Below, in pieces: positions 1 to 8,459 of a stretch of 64,000 nucleotides of DNA. The notes below the pieces were generated by a model, which made no database searches, was not told the DNA's origin, and was given only the letters and a program-made list of their open reading frames with translations. The translations under genes were made by a program, and so were the position numbers. Source of the stretch: a virus (Duplodnaviria > Caudoviricetes); the IMG/VR virus record IMGVR_UViG_3300020047_007062, positions 1 to 64,000 of that record; one strand, written 5' to 3'. How positions within the stretch are numbered: position 1 is the stretch's first letter; each line of letters opens with the position of its first letter.

Positions 1-108
1 CCTGTGGGACGTGGTAAATTTAGTTTTGGCGTCCCTGTTAAATGTTGCTTTCATGGCTTTTTCTTATTAGTGTTTTAATTGTTTATTCCTCAGTTTCCTC
101 AGCGTCCC
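1..108. repeat. Perfect 108-bp inverted repeat, left copy (partner 556-663)
   Basis: Bases 1-108 are the exact reverse complement of 556-663; the match ends at a C-run/GGG junction. Confidence 0.95.
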
Positions 109-200
109 CCCCTCGTTGCCCCGCTATCCCTGCCAATGGGAAGCGGGGTTTGGGGTCGCTGACAGTTTAATAATTAATAACAATCAAAACTTAAAAAGCC

Positions 201-581
201 ATGAAAACAAGACTCGAAAAAATGCAAGAGTTTTACTCAACTCTTAACTGTGAAATTGACCTGCCTTATTTCGCTGATGAATCCCATGAATCCTTTGATG
301 ATTTGCGGGACGCAATAGAAGACGGGGACGGGTTCAATGTGGAAATTATTTACTACGCTCGTGCTATGGAGTATCTAACAAACTGTGACAATTCCCTCCG
401 TGAATCCCTTGCTATTGCACAAGAGATGGGATATGAGCCGAAGGACTTGAGTAGTGAGGTATTGGCCTCTCTTTTAGCCTCTGAAAATGCAAGGCAGGAA
501 TTTGAGGAATTGGAGGGCGCAATATCCACCTTTTTTGATGAACTGAATGAGGAACGGGACGCTGAGGAAACTGAGGAATAA
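201..581 (+). CDS. Ocr-like acidic DNA-mimic / antirestriction protein (putative)
   Basis: About 35 D/E vs about 9 K/R in 126 aa (hand count); DDLRDAI..V..YYA resembles T7 Ocr DDLHDAI..V..YYA; acidic tail; first early gene. Confidence 0.55.
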   Translation: MKTRLEKMQEFYSTLNCEIDLPYFADESHESFDDLRDAIEDGDGFNVEIIYYARAMEYLTNCDNSLRESLAIAQEMGYEPKDLSSEVLASLLASENARQEFEELEGAISTFFDELNEERDAEETEE

Positions 582-663
582 ACAATTAAAACACTAATAA
601 GAAAAAGCCATGAAAGCAACATTTAACAGGGACGCCAAAACTAAATTTACCACGTCCCACAGG
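556..663. repeat. Perfect 108-bp inverted repeat, right copy
   Basis: Spans the end of ORF 201-581 and the start of ORF 610-1023. Confidence 0.95.
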
Positions 664-1023
664 AAAGAGGGCAAATACTATTTTGATAGCTATACAGCCC
701 TCGTTGTTGGAACCGACCACAACGGAAATTTCACCATGCATGAAGTCGTTGACTTGCGTCTGTATGGAACGGGGCAAAAGAACTATTGTGCCATGTGGGT
801 GCATGACAGTAAAAGCGACACCCACACCTCCGGCACGGGTTCCGCTGGTGGTTATGGATACCACAAACCGAGCGCGGCAGCAAGTGAGGCAATAAGGAAC
901 GCGGGCTATACCCTTAGTGAAGATATTAGCGGGCGCGGGGATCAGGCTATCTCCGAAGCGGTTAAAGCTATCACTGAAAGTTTGGGATATTCAGAAGTGT
1001 ATGTACACCACGCCCACCAATAA
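610..1023 (+). CDS. Early hypothetical protein with GTGSAGGYGYHKPSAA motif
   Basis: 137-aa ORF with A-rich leader (aagccATG). Confidence 0.8.
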   Translation: MKATFNRDAKTKFTTSHRKEGKYYFDSYTALVVGTDHNGNFTMHEVVDLRLYGTGQKNYCAMWVHDSKSDTHTSGTGSAGGYGYHKPSAAASEAIRNAGYTLSEDISGRGDQAISEAVKAITESLGYSEVYVHHAHQ

Positions 1024-1101
1024 CTAACCCCAACCCCCCGCCGGTTTAGCCGTATGCCGCAAGTGCAGCGGGGGGAACTAATAATTAAACTAATAGAAGC
1101 C

Positions 1102-1365
1102 ATGAGCAGAAAATCAACAAAATGGTGGTCTAAACTGACCCCTGAACAAATGTACCATGTAATGCATGAAAAGGGATATAACGAAGATGACGCCCGAACT
1201 TTGGCCTTCGATTATTCCGACCCTGAGTTCAATAAAACGCTGTCCCCTTATGACCGCGACAAATGGGCCCATGTATGCCAAATGATTGAAGAAGGTTGGG
1301 AACGCACAACAGGCGGTTACGAAACTGTGCAGGGAACGCAATATGATAACACAAACGGATTGTAA
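1102..1365 (+). CDS. Early hypothetical protein
   Basis: Start moved to MSRKST after A-rich leader; the ORF-track start lies inside a hairpin. Confidence 0.7.
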   Translation: MSRKSTKWWSKLTPEQMYHVMHEKGYNEDDARTLAFDYSDPEFNKTLSPYDRDKWAHVCQMIEEGWERTTGGYETVQGTQYDNTNGL

Positions 1366-1386
1366 ACTAATAAAACCCAAACAAAC

Positions 1387-1686
1387 ATGAAAACCACATT
1401 GTTAGCCCTTTTCGGGCTTATGCTGACACTTTCAGCCCCCTGTCAGTCTGTTGTAACCGACACAACGCAAACTGCCGTTAAAACAGCCCTATTGAAGCCG
1501 GACACGACAGAGGTGGAAACCGGCTACTTTTTCCAAACCGCCCCCGACTCATCCGGCAATGTCAGGTACTACCCGATATATAAGGGGGCAAAGGGCGGCA
1601 TGTACTACTACCGGACAAGCAAGAAAACAGGGGAACGGTACAGGGTCTATTTGTCTGAACAGCAGAAGCAAGACATCCACAATTAA
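1387..1686 (+). CDS. Small exported protein with Sec-type signal peptide and basic aromatic C-terminal domain
   Basis: MKTTLLALFGLMLTLSAPC N-terminus; C-terminal YPIYKGAKGGMYYYRTSKKTG. Confidence 0.7.
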   Translation: MKTTLLALFGLMLTLSAPCQSVVTDTTQTAVKTALLKPDTTEVETGYFFQTAPDSSGNVRYYPIYKGAKGGMYYYRTSKKTGERYRVYLSEQQKQDIHN

Positions 1687-1755
1687 CCATTTTTAGCAAT
1701 GGGGGCAAGCCGTCAGCCCCTACTTTGGCGGCACAATAACAAACTAATAAGAAAC

Positions 1756-2187
1756 ATGAAAAATTTTGATCTCAAAAACGAAACGATCATTCAGGCCATA
1801 GAACTTGGCTTCGACTTTCACCTCTCAACAGATGACAGCACAACGGTTGAGGAATTAAAGGCTCTCTTGCTTGACTTTTTCGACGAAAACCGCGAGAAGC
1901 TACCCCGCGAGGAAGATGAGTGTAAGGTGTCTGGTAGCGGAAACAGTCAGTCCGTTATTTATGGTGACTATGTGTGTTCAGGCGAAATACTGAGCTACCG
2001 AGATAATGCATTTGACGCACCCGACACCAAAATATTTCACAGTGATTTTGTGATGCAACAACGGGACGGAAGAATGGTACACATGAACCTGTTTGAGTAT
2101 GTAGGCCCAACAATGTACAACGCGCCCGAAGGGTATGAATACGATGAACGGTCAGGCACCCACATTTTTGTGCAGAAACAAGACTAA
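1756..2187 (+). CDS. Acidic early hypothetical protein
   Basis: Start MKNFDL after A-rich leader. Confidence 0.75.
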   Translation: MKNFDLKNETIIQAIELGFDFHLSTDDSTTVEELKALLLDFFDENREKLPREEDECKVSGSGNSQSVIYGDYVCSGEILSYRDNAFDAPDTKIFHSDFVMQQRDGRMVHMNLFEYVGPTMYNAPEGYEYDERSGTHIFVQKQD

Positions 2188-2262
2188 GCAACGAAATACC
2201 CCCCCGACCGCCCCGCCCTGAGACACAGGCGGGGGTTGGGGCGTAGAAACAAATCAGAACAC

Positions 2263-2511
2263 ATGGAAACAAGACTAAGCCAAACTAAGCGCGAAGAAGC
2301 CCTAATCAGGGCCAACGACCTACTGTTCAAATTGGAGGAACTTAAAACCCGCTACCGCGAAGCGGGACGTATCGCAATGGCCCCCCAATTCCACCACGTC
2401 CGCCACCGGAAGCAGGCAAGGGTCAGACGGTTAATGGCAATGTATGACGGACTGGCTGACCACTACAACGCAGCAATAATGGATGCACTAATCGTAACCA
2501 AATACCTCTAA
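2263..2511 (+). CDS. Hypothetical protein
   Basis: Start METRLS after leader. Confidence 0.65.
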   Translation: METRLSQTKREEALIRANDLLFKLEELKTRYREAGRIAMAPQFHHVRHRKQARVRRLMAMYDGLADHYNAAIMDALIVTKYL

Positions 2512-2513
2512 CA

Positions 2514-2651
2514 ATGATCCCCCACAACAACCGCAAAGAGGAGGAGGAGGAATTTACCCGCCTGCTCCACCAAGTAACCATAGTTTCAACCGCCTTCGCC
2601 ATCATTGTCACCCTGACAATAATAGCCACCGGCCTATACTGCCTGATATGA
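2514..2651 (+). CDS. Small membrane protein (45 aa)
   Basis: Not in the ORF track; C-terminal hydrophobic helix; ATGA overlap with next gene. Confidence 0.55.
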   Translation: MIPHNNRKEEEEEFTRLLHQVTIVSTAFAIIVTLTIIATGLYCLI

Positions 2652-2878
2652 AACCCCTGTACAATTTCCCCAAGCCCAAACCAGTGACCATACCCGACAC
2701 CGCTACGCGGGAAGTGGTGGGACGGGAAACCGTTGTGTGGTGGGAAAGGGAATGTTTGATAAATTGCGTATGGCGAGGCAAGGTGTACGTATTCACCGAA
2801 CTTTGGGACATGAGACGGAAAATCAGGTGGTTCGCCATAGGCGAAGCCCGAAGGGGTCAACAGGTGCTTAAATTCTAA
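2648..2878 (+). CDS. Hypothetical protein
   Basis: Translational coupling with upstream ORF. Confidence 0.6.
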   Translation: MKPLYNFPKPKPVTIPDTATREVVGRETVVWWERECLINCVWRGKVYVFTELWDMRRKIRWFAIGEARRGQQVLKF

Positions 2879-2897
2879 TCAATTAAAACAAATAGCC

Positions 2898-3233
2898 ATG
2901 AATTACACAAAAGAACAACTCGAAAAACTGCCCAAATGGGCGCAGAATGAAATCAACCGACTTGAAGCTGACCTGAAACATTACAAGGAACGTAGCGAAC
3001 AAATTGAAGGAAGTGCAGACACTAACACCTTCTTACAAGAAGGGCTTTCATCCCGACCGTTACCTCAGCATGCACGGATCGAGTTCTGTTTGGGCGAAAA
3101 TAATCAACACAAAGCGTCTGTGTACGTGACAAAACATGGATACATTGACATTAATTGTGACAGCCGTATGGCTAAAGGCACATATATCCGCCCACGGGCA
3201 TCCAACGCATTTGAAATTCACTTTTTTGACTAA
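2898..3233 (+). CDS. Hypothetical phage protein (LEKLPKWAQ N-terminus)
   Basis: 111-aa ORF with A-rich leader. Confidence 0.75.
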   Translation: MNYTKEQLEKLPKWAQNEINRLEADLKHYKERSEQIEGSADTNTFLQEGLSSRPLPQHARIEFCLGENNQHKASVYVTKHGYIDINCDSRMAKGTYIRPRASNAFEIHFFD

Positions 3234-3236
3234 GCC

Positions 3237-3449
3237 ATGATAAAGCTAAATGACAGGCCCCTCTGCACAATTACCCACCACGAGGGGACAATATTACTCG
3301 ATCAGGAATACCATTTTATCGCCATTAAAAAGGCCAACGGGACAACCGAATGGAGCGTAGGGGAGGTGACACCTGAACCTCCACAAGGAACCATTGAGAT
3401 GATAAAAGCAACGATCCTTAATAACATTAAAACCAGTAAGACAGAATGA
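3237..3449 (+). CDS. Hypothetical protein
   Basis: In-operon ORF. Confidence 0.6.
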   Translation: MIKLNDRPLCTITHHEGTILLDQEYHFIAIKKANGTTEWSVGEVTPEPPQGTIEMIKATILNNIKTSKTE

Positions 3450-3622
3450 AAACCGGACGAATAATAACCCTGTGGGCAACCAATCCCCGCCCCTACGACG
3501 CCCTCCTGCTAACCTGTAACCGCCTGTCGGCCCGATACCCCCACCGGAGGGTGTCCCTACTCGACATAACGAGGGCGAAGGGAGGACTCGTTACGGGTTG
3601 CGTTAAAATAGTGGCTCCCTAA
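3446..3622 (+). CDS. Small hypothetical protein (58 aa)
   Basis: ATGA overlap with the previous ORF; below the ORF-track cutoff. Confidence 0.45.
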   Translation: MKTGRIITLWATNPRPYDALLLTCNRLSARYPHRRVSLLDITRAKGGLVTGCVKIVAP

Positions 3623-3637
3623 TCCCTTTTGCATTAT

Positions 3638-3673
3638 TTTGGCTTTTTTGCAAGCCCTATCCCACTACCTTTG
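3638..3673 (+). promoter_or_regulatory. Bacteroidota sigma-A-type promoter
   Basis: TACCTTTG at 3666-3673 with upstream TTTG motifs. Confidence 0.65.
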
Positions 3674-3691
3674 GCAACACATTAAGAACAA

Positions 3692-4252
3692 ATGAGAAAC
3701 CTACTTATCATCGCATTGGCAGGACTACTTCTGACATCCTGCACACCCCAAAAGCGACTCAGCCGCCTCCTCAAGAAACACCCCGAACTGGTAAAGACTG
3801 ACACCGTTTGGACGGAGGTGACAATACCCCCCGACACCGTTTACCTTGAAACGATGGTCTATTTGGGTGCGGATACAGCGAGGGTTAACCTCCTTGTGGA
3901 TTCCATCCTTGCCACTTTTAAGGACAATAGTTGGCTTATCGTGCCGGAGGAGGGGCGTAGTACCCCCCGCGAGGCTATCGCCTCCCTAATAACCCGTAAT
4001 GCACCCACATTGGTCGTTTGGCCCTCCGATACAATAACGGTAGAGGACGAGGGTGTAAAAGCCCAAATCAGTTTCAGTAAGGACGGGAAGGCGCGGTTCA
4101 GGGTAATTGACAAGGGGGAAACAGTCAAAGTACCCGTGGAGGTCAATACGGTGAAGGCTCCCTTTCGGGTGCCGTGGTGGGTCGTCGCGGGGGTATTGGC
4201 CGCCCTATTCCTCTTTATTTACGGCACACAACCAAAACGGAGGGGGGAATGA
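3692..4252 (+). CDS. Lipoprotein with C-terminal TM helix; unimolecular spanin candidate
   Basis: Lipobox LLLTS-C17; beta-rich middle; C-terminal PWWVVAGVLAALFLFIYG then KRR. Confidence 0.55.
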   Translation: MRNLLIIALAGLLLTSCTPQKRLSRLLKKHPELVKTDTVWTEVTIPPDTVYLETMVYLGADTARVNLLVDSILATFKDNSWLIVPEEGRSTPREAIASLITRNAPTLVVWPSDTITVEDEGVKAQISFSKDGKARFRVIDKGETVKVPVEVNTVKAPFRVPWWVVAGVLAALFLFIYGTQPKRRGE

Positions 4253-4524
4253 GCATGAAACACCCCGTAATCACCCTGCCAACGCGCCCGACAACAGTAG
4301 GTGGTTGGCTTGAAACGTTGCCCGAACCGTATAGAAGTCGGGCGATTGAGAATTGTAAGTGGCTTGAAGATGATTGTCATAGTCAAGAGAAAGCTACCTA
4401 TTGTGCATTTACTTGGCAAGATTCACCACAAGGTGGAGACTATTGGGGTGATGTATATTTAAAATCTCGTACCGGCGATTTCCCCTACGAGTTTTCCGAC
4501 GAAATGAAGGAGGGCAAACAATGA
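4249..4524 (+). CDS. Hypothetical protein
   Basis: ATGA coupling on both sides. Confidence 0.65.
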   Translation: MSMKHPVITLPTRPTTVGGWLETLPEPYRSRAIENCKWLEDDCHSQEKATYCAFTWQDSPQGGDYWGDVYLKSRTGDFPYEFSDEMKEGKQ

Positions 4525-4940
4525 TCTACATCGGCATCGACCCCGGAACGAATACCGGCCTGGCAGTTTGGGATGGAACCACAAAAAAGTTCATCGAGAT
4601 ACGAACCACAATGATTCACCGCGCTATGGCATACGTTGAAGATCAGGCACAACAAAACGTGATGGGTGTGAAGGTTATTGTGGAAGACCCACGCAAGATC
4701 AAATTGCCCCGTGAATTACAACGCATGGGTAGTTATGCAGATCAGGGTGTAGGTTCGGTAAAACGTGATGCATCGATTTGGGAAGACTTTTTGAAGGACA
4801 TTAATGTAGATTACGAGATGGTTTGGAACCCACGGGGTATCCGCAAACTATCATCACAAAAATTCAAAGAACTAACCGGCTGGGATAACCGTACAACCGA
4901 ACACGGAAGGGATGCGGCTATGTTGGTGTTTGGTAAATAG
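4521..4940 (+). CDS. RuvC-like Holliday junction resolvase
   Basis: IGIDPG, VIVED and HGRDAA acidic motifs of the RNase H/RuvC fold. Confidence 0.8.
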   Translation: MIYIGIDPGTNTGLAVWDGTTKKFIEIRTTMIHRAMAYVEDQAQQNVMGVKVIVEDPRKIKLPRELQRMGSYADQGVGSVKRDASIWEDFLKDINVDYEMVWNPRGIRKLSSQKFKELTGWDNRTTEHGRDAAMLVFGK

Positions 4941-4961
4941 TAAACAATCAAATCACATACA

Positions 4962-5216
4962 ATGAAAAATTCAGATCAACCGATTAACGCACTAAGCAAA
5001 GAAGAAACAGACCGCGTAGATGCTGGTGTTAAATTCTATACCGGCCTCACCAAACGCGAATACGCGGCTATTATGGCAATGCAGGGCTTGCTTTCAATTT
5101 ATGACCCATCAAACAATACAGTGCCTAACATGGACAATGTACATTACATGGCGTGTTTATCGGTTACCGCAGCCGATTGCCTACTCGCGGAATTGGAGAA
5201 GGAACAATCTAAATAA
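4962..5216 (+). CDS. Conserved phage hypothetical protein (GLTKREYAAIMAMQGLL)
   Basis: Recognisable recurrent phage motif. Confidence 0.75.
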   Translation: MKNSDQPINALSKEETDRVDAGVKFYTGLTKREYAAIMAMQGLLSIYDPSNNTVPNMDNVHYMACLSVTAADCLLAELEKEQSK

Positions 5217-5224
5217 CTGGCGCA

Positions 5225-5389
5225 ATGACAAAAATTACAAGTTGTAGAATTGCATGGAAAAGCAAGCTAACAGGCTTTCAAGGAAGCGGCGAATGGTTTG
5301 ACATAAGCCACGAACAAATGTTGAAGGACTGTATTGCTGACAGTAACAGCAAACGCCCCGACCTCAAACATTGGTTGGAATGGAAATAA
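5225..5389 (+). CDS. Small hypothetical protein (54 aa)
   Basis: MTKITSCRIAWK...WLEWK; fills the gap in the operon. Confidence 0.5.
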   Translation: MTKITSCRIAWKSKLTGFQGSGEWFDISHEQMLKDCIADSNSKRPDLKHWLEWK

Positions 5390-5443
5390 TCTTTTAACCT
5401 CTTTTGGCTTGCGCCTACCTACCGAATCCCCCACTTTTGACCC

Positions 5444-5635
5444 ATGAAAGAAACATTGAACGTTATGGAGTTGGTTGACGCCCTCGAAAAAATGGCGGAC
5501 GCACAAACGGCAAAATGTGATGCAATGAGAAACGAATCAGAGGCAACACACCTCCATGATATTCTCACCACACAAGGTAAGGCCATCGGCATCCACTTGG
5601 CCATTCAGGAGATATTCAAACTCGCTAAGTCATAA
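5444..5635 (+). CDS. Hypothetical protein
   Basis: In-operon ORF. Confidence 0.55.
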   Translation: MKETLNVMELVDALEKMADAQTAKCDAMRNESEATHLHDILTTQGKAIGIHLAIQEIFKLAKS

Positions 5636-5820
5636 TGGGACAATCAAAAGAACTGTTTATTAAACTCAGAGAATATGAGCAAAATGAGTACCTTTATGCA
5701 GGTCAACAGGGAGTTGTACATCCAACAACCCGACCCGACCAACCCGACCCACGTCGAGAACTACCGGATGGCCCAAGCCAACGGTATCCACGCGGGGATC
5801 GCCCTTCAAGAATTTCATAA
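5635..5820 (+). CDS. Hypothetical protein (alternative frame 5675-5839 also open)
   Basis: Stop/start overlap with the previous ORF; true frame uncertain. Confidence 0.4.
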   Translation: MGQSKELFIKLREYEQNEYLYAGQQGVVHPTTRPDQPDPRRELPDGPSQRYPRGDRPSRIS

Positions 5821-5844
5821 AAATCAATCCAATAAATAAATCAC

Positions 5845-6558
5845 ATGAGTAAACCAATGACACCTCCACAAACAGGAGGATCGGATCGAGAAATCGCTCC
5901 CGCTGGCTCCACGGTGGGCCGCTGTTTTGAAATCATCTACCTCGGACAAGAGGAAGTTGAATGGCAAGGTAAAAAGAAATGGGTTCCCAAAGTTCGTATC
6001 TCGTGGGAACTGGCCGAACACATGAAGGTGTGGAAGGAAGGGGAGCAGCCAAAACCAATGGTCGTATCCAATGACTTCAACTACTACATGACAGACAAAT
6101 CCCAATTCCGCCCGTTCCTCGAATCATGGAGGGGCAAACCCTTCACCGACGATCAGGTCAACTCGTTTGACCTCACATCCCTCGCGGGGGTCTATGGGAT
6201 CGTGAATGTGATACATGGCACAAGTAAGAAGGGCCGCCCCTACGCGGCTGTGTCGAGCGTTATCCCCTTGGTTAAGGGCATGACTATCCCCGCGCCTGTA
6301 AATCCCGTCTTTACGTTTGACGCGAGGGAGTTTACGGCTGACGAGTTCAATAAGTTGCCCAAGTTCCTCCAAGACAAGGTAATGAAGTGTAAGGAGGTGT
6401 TGGAATCAATGGAGGAGGAGAGCATGAGACCCAAGGTTATTGAGAATGATGCCCAACCACCCATTCCTCCCCATTCGGACTTCCAACCTAACTCACCACA
6501 ACCATCGGCTCCCCTCGACGGGGTGCAGCCGGAAGACGGAGATGATCTTCCTTTTTAA
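5845..6558 (+). CDS. Phage ssDNA-binding protein-like (NGO0469-type family)
   Basis: beta-rich N-terminal core, FLESWRGKPF motif, Pro/Gln linker, acidic DGDDLPF tail. Confidence 0.7.
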   Translation: MSKPMTPPQTGGSDREIAPAGSTVGRCFEIIYLGQEEVEWQGKKKWVPKVRISWELAEHMKVWKEGEQPKPMVVSNDFNYYMTDKSQFRPFLESWRGKPFTDDQVNSFDLTSLAGVYGIVNVIHGTSKKGRPYAAVSSVIPLVKGMTIPAPVNPVFTFDAREFTADEFNKLPKFLQDKVMKCKEVLESMEEESMRPKVIENDAQPPIPPHSDFQPNSPQPSAPLDGVQPEDGDDLPF

Positions 6559-6660
6559 CCTTTTGATTTTCAGTTAGTTGCAATAGTTAGTCAGTAGCCA
6601 ATCCCCACCGCCCCGCGACCGTCAATGGCGCGGGGTTTGGGGTTACTAACAATAGAAATT

Positions 6661-6861
6661 ATGAAAACAGAAATACAATTTACCAATGGTGGGGAAACCA
6701 TCACCAAGGAATATGAAGGATTTGTAGGCGCACCTGCGGTTGGCACTTGGGCAGGCGCACATACCAGTGAGCCATACCAAACTATTAATGGGGAAGTATC
6801 CGATGTTCAAACAACATACTCAAGTGTTGACGCCATTGTCCACACAATAACCCTCATCTAA
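6661..6861 (+). CDS. Hypothetical protein
   Basis: Start MKTEIQ after hairpin and leader. Confidence 0.55.
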   Translation: MKTEIQFTNGGETITKEYEGFVGAPAVGTWAGAHTSEPYQTINGEVSDVQTTYSSVDAIVHTITLI

Positions 6862-6866
6862 CCACT

Positions 6867-7556
6867 ATGACCCGCGAAGAATTACCCATATTCAAGGCAT
6901 CCTGCTATTCCATTGGCGACCTGATGGGCATCAAGGGGTTGGGCAAAACGGGACAGACCTGTGTCAAGACATGGTACTTGTCCAAACTATACGACCGCAA
7001 ACCCGACTTCTTTTCCAAATACGTTGAAAAGGGATTGGCCACCGAACAAGCGGGGATAGAACTCTATTCAGCCATACAAAACGAGGGCGTATTGCTCCAA
7101 AAGAACACCCAATGGTTTGAGGACGATTGGCTCCGAGGGACACCCGACCTGATTACCGCAGACATGGTGATTGACATCAAGTGTTCGTGGAACCTCTTTA
7201 CATTCCCCTATTTTGACAAGGAATTACCCAACTCCGACTACTACTGGCAGTTACAGGGTTACATGGCCCTCACGGGGCTAAAAAAGGCCGCCATTGCCTA
7301 TTGTTTGATTGACACCCCAAAGCCCCTTATCCAACAGGAACTTAAAAAGCTATTCTACCAAAGTGGGGGACGGCCCGAGGATTGGACGCCCGAAACGTAT
7401 GCAGACTTGGAAGTTAATTACCGATTTGACGACATCCCCGAAAGGGACAGGATCAGGGTATTCCCCGTGGAGAGGAATGAGGCTGACATTGCCCGTATCC
7501 GAACCCGTGTGGAGGAAGCGAGGGATTATTTGAAGTCGGTGGTTATTCCTGCTTAA
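6867..7556 (+). CDS. YqaJ / lambda-exonuclease-family PD-(D/E)xK nuclease
   Basis: G..TE, GTPDL..DMVIDIKCSW, YYWQLQGYM. Confidence 0.85.
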   Translation: MTREELPIFKASCYSIGDLMGIKGLGKTGQTCVKTWYLSKLYDRKPDFFSKYVEKGLATEQAGIELYSAIQNEGVLLQKNTQWFEDDWLRGTPDLITADMVIDIKCSWNLFTFPYFDKELPNSDYYWQLQGYMALTGLKKAAIAYCLIDTPKPLIQQELKKLFYQSGGRPEDWTPETYADLEVNYRFDDIPERDRIRVFPVERNEADIARIRTRVEEARDYLKSVVIPA

Positions 7557-7625
7557 TATTGCACAGTCTTTTGATTTTGTTTCGTGTTTCTTCTATTTAG
7601 TTTTAATTGTTAGCATCGGGGGAGG

Positions 7626-8192
7626 TCAATGGCCTCCCTTGGTGTTTTGGGACAGTAGATCAAAGTGTCGCTTTGTCCGGTAGTCAGTATCATGTTTGTT
7701 CCCCTTGTCAATGTTACAGGACTTACACAGGACTTGCAGGTTTCGAATGTCCATTGACAGGTCGGGATATTTGGATCGGGGCTTAATGTGATCCACATGC
7801 ATGATTGTGTTTTTGACCCCGCACTTCATACAGGTTAGCCCGTACATACGCAACACAGACTTCTTTAATTTACGCCATTCATCAGTAAGGTAGAAGGAAT
7901 TGGGATATACCTCTTTGAGCATCTTTATCCATTCCTTATTAGATATAGTGGTTTTGGGGCTGACTGGCGCTTGTGGCTTTTCTTCAATGTGGCCCACGAT
8001 GGAACCAGATAGAAACGCACTTAGCCAATTATTTCGGTTAGCCCGCTTTTTGAACGACTTTGGTACTTCGGTGGAGTTGGTATGGATCATGTAGAAGTCC
8101 GCAATGACATCCCTCATTTTAACCCCGTTGGGCGGTGACTTGCGGTCATACATTGTCATGCATATCCGCTTGTACAACTCTCTTTGATCCAT
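7626..8192 (-). CDS. HNH endonuclease
   Basis: CMKCG..MHVDHIKP..NLQVLCKSCNIDK; own TAAATTTG promoter at 8207-8214. Confidence 0.85.
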   Translation of the reverse strand: MDQRELYKRICMTMYDRKSPPNGVKMRDVIADFYMIHTNSTEVPKSFKKRANRNNWLSAFLSGSIVGHIEEKPQAPVSPKTTISNKEWIKMLKEVYPNSFYLTDEWRKLKKSVLRMYGLTCMKCGVKNTIMHVDHIKPRSKYPDLSMDIRNLQVLCKSCNIDKGNKHDTDYRTKRHFDLLSQNTKGGH

Positions 8193-8244
8193 GTTTCTAT
8201 TTTTTGCAAATTTAGCACAGGTCGGATAATCTTTTAACACCCTT

Positions 8245-8280
8245 TGGCTTGCACGGGCAATCCACCCTCCCCTACCTTTG
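8245..8280 (+). promoter_or_regulatory. Bacteroidota promoter upstream of the tRNA region
   Basis: TACCTTTG at 8273-8280. Confidence 0.65.
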
Positions 8281-8340
8281 TCCTACTTATCCCCGTCGGG
8301 GATTTGGTTTTGGTTAAGTATTATTAGTTCAGCAAGGAGA

Positions 8341-8369
8341 CCCCCGTTCCAACGGGAGCGGGGGTTTTT
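8341..8369 (+). terminator. GC hairpin plus U-tract
   Basis: cccccgttcc-aacg-ggagcggggg-ttttt. Confidence 0.65.
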
Positions 8370-8382
8370 AATTGAAAGAATT

Positions 8383-8455
8383 GCGTCCATAGCTTAACGG
8401 TTAAAGCACCACGCTCATAACGTGGGTTATATTGGTTCGAAACCAGTTGGGCGCA
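8383..8455 (+). tRNA. tRNA with CAT anticodon (elongator Met or Ile2); CCA not encoded
   Basis: Cloverleaf: GCGTCCA/TGGGCGC acceptor, GCTT/AAGC D stem, CCACG-CTCATAA-CGTGG, ATTGG-TTCGAAA-CCAGT. Confidence 0.92.
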
Positions 8456-8459
8456 CGAA

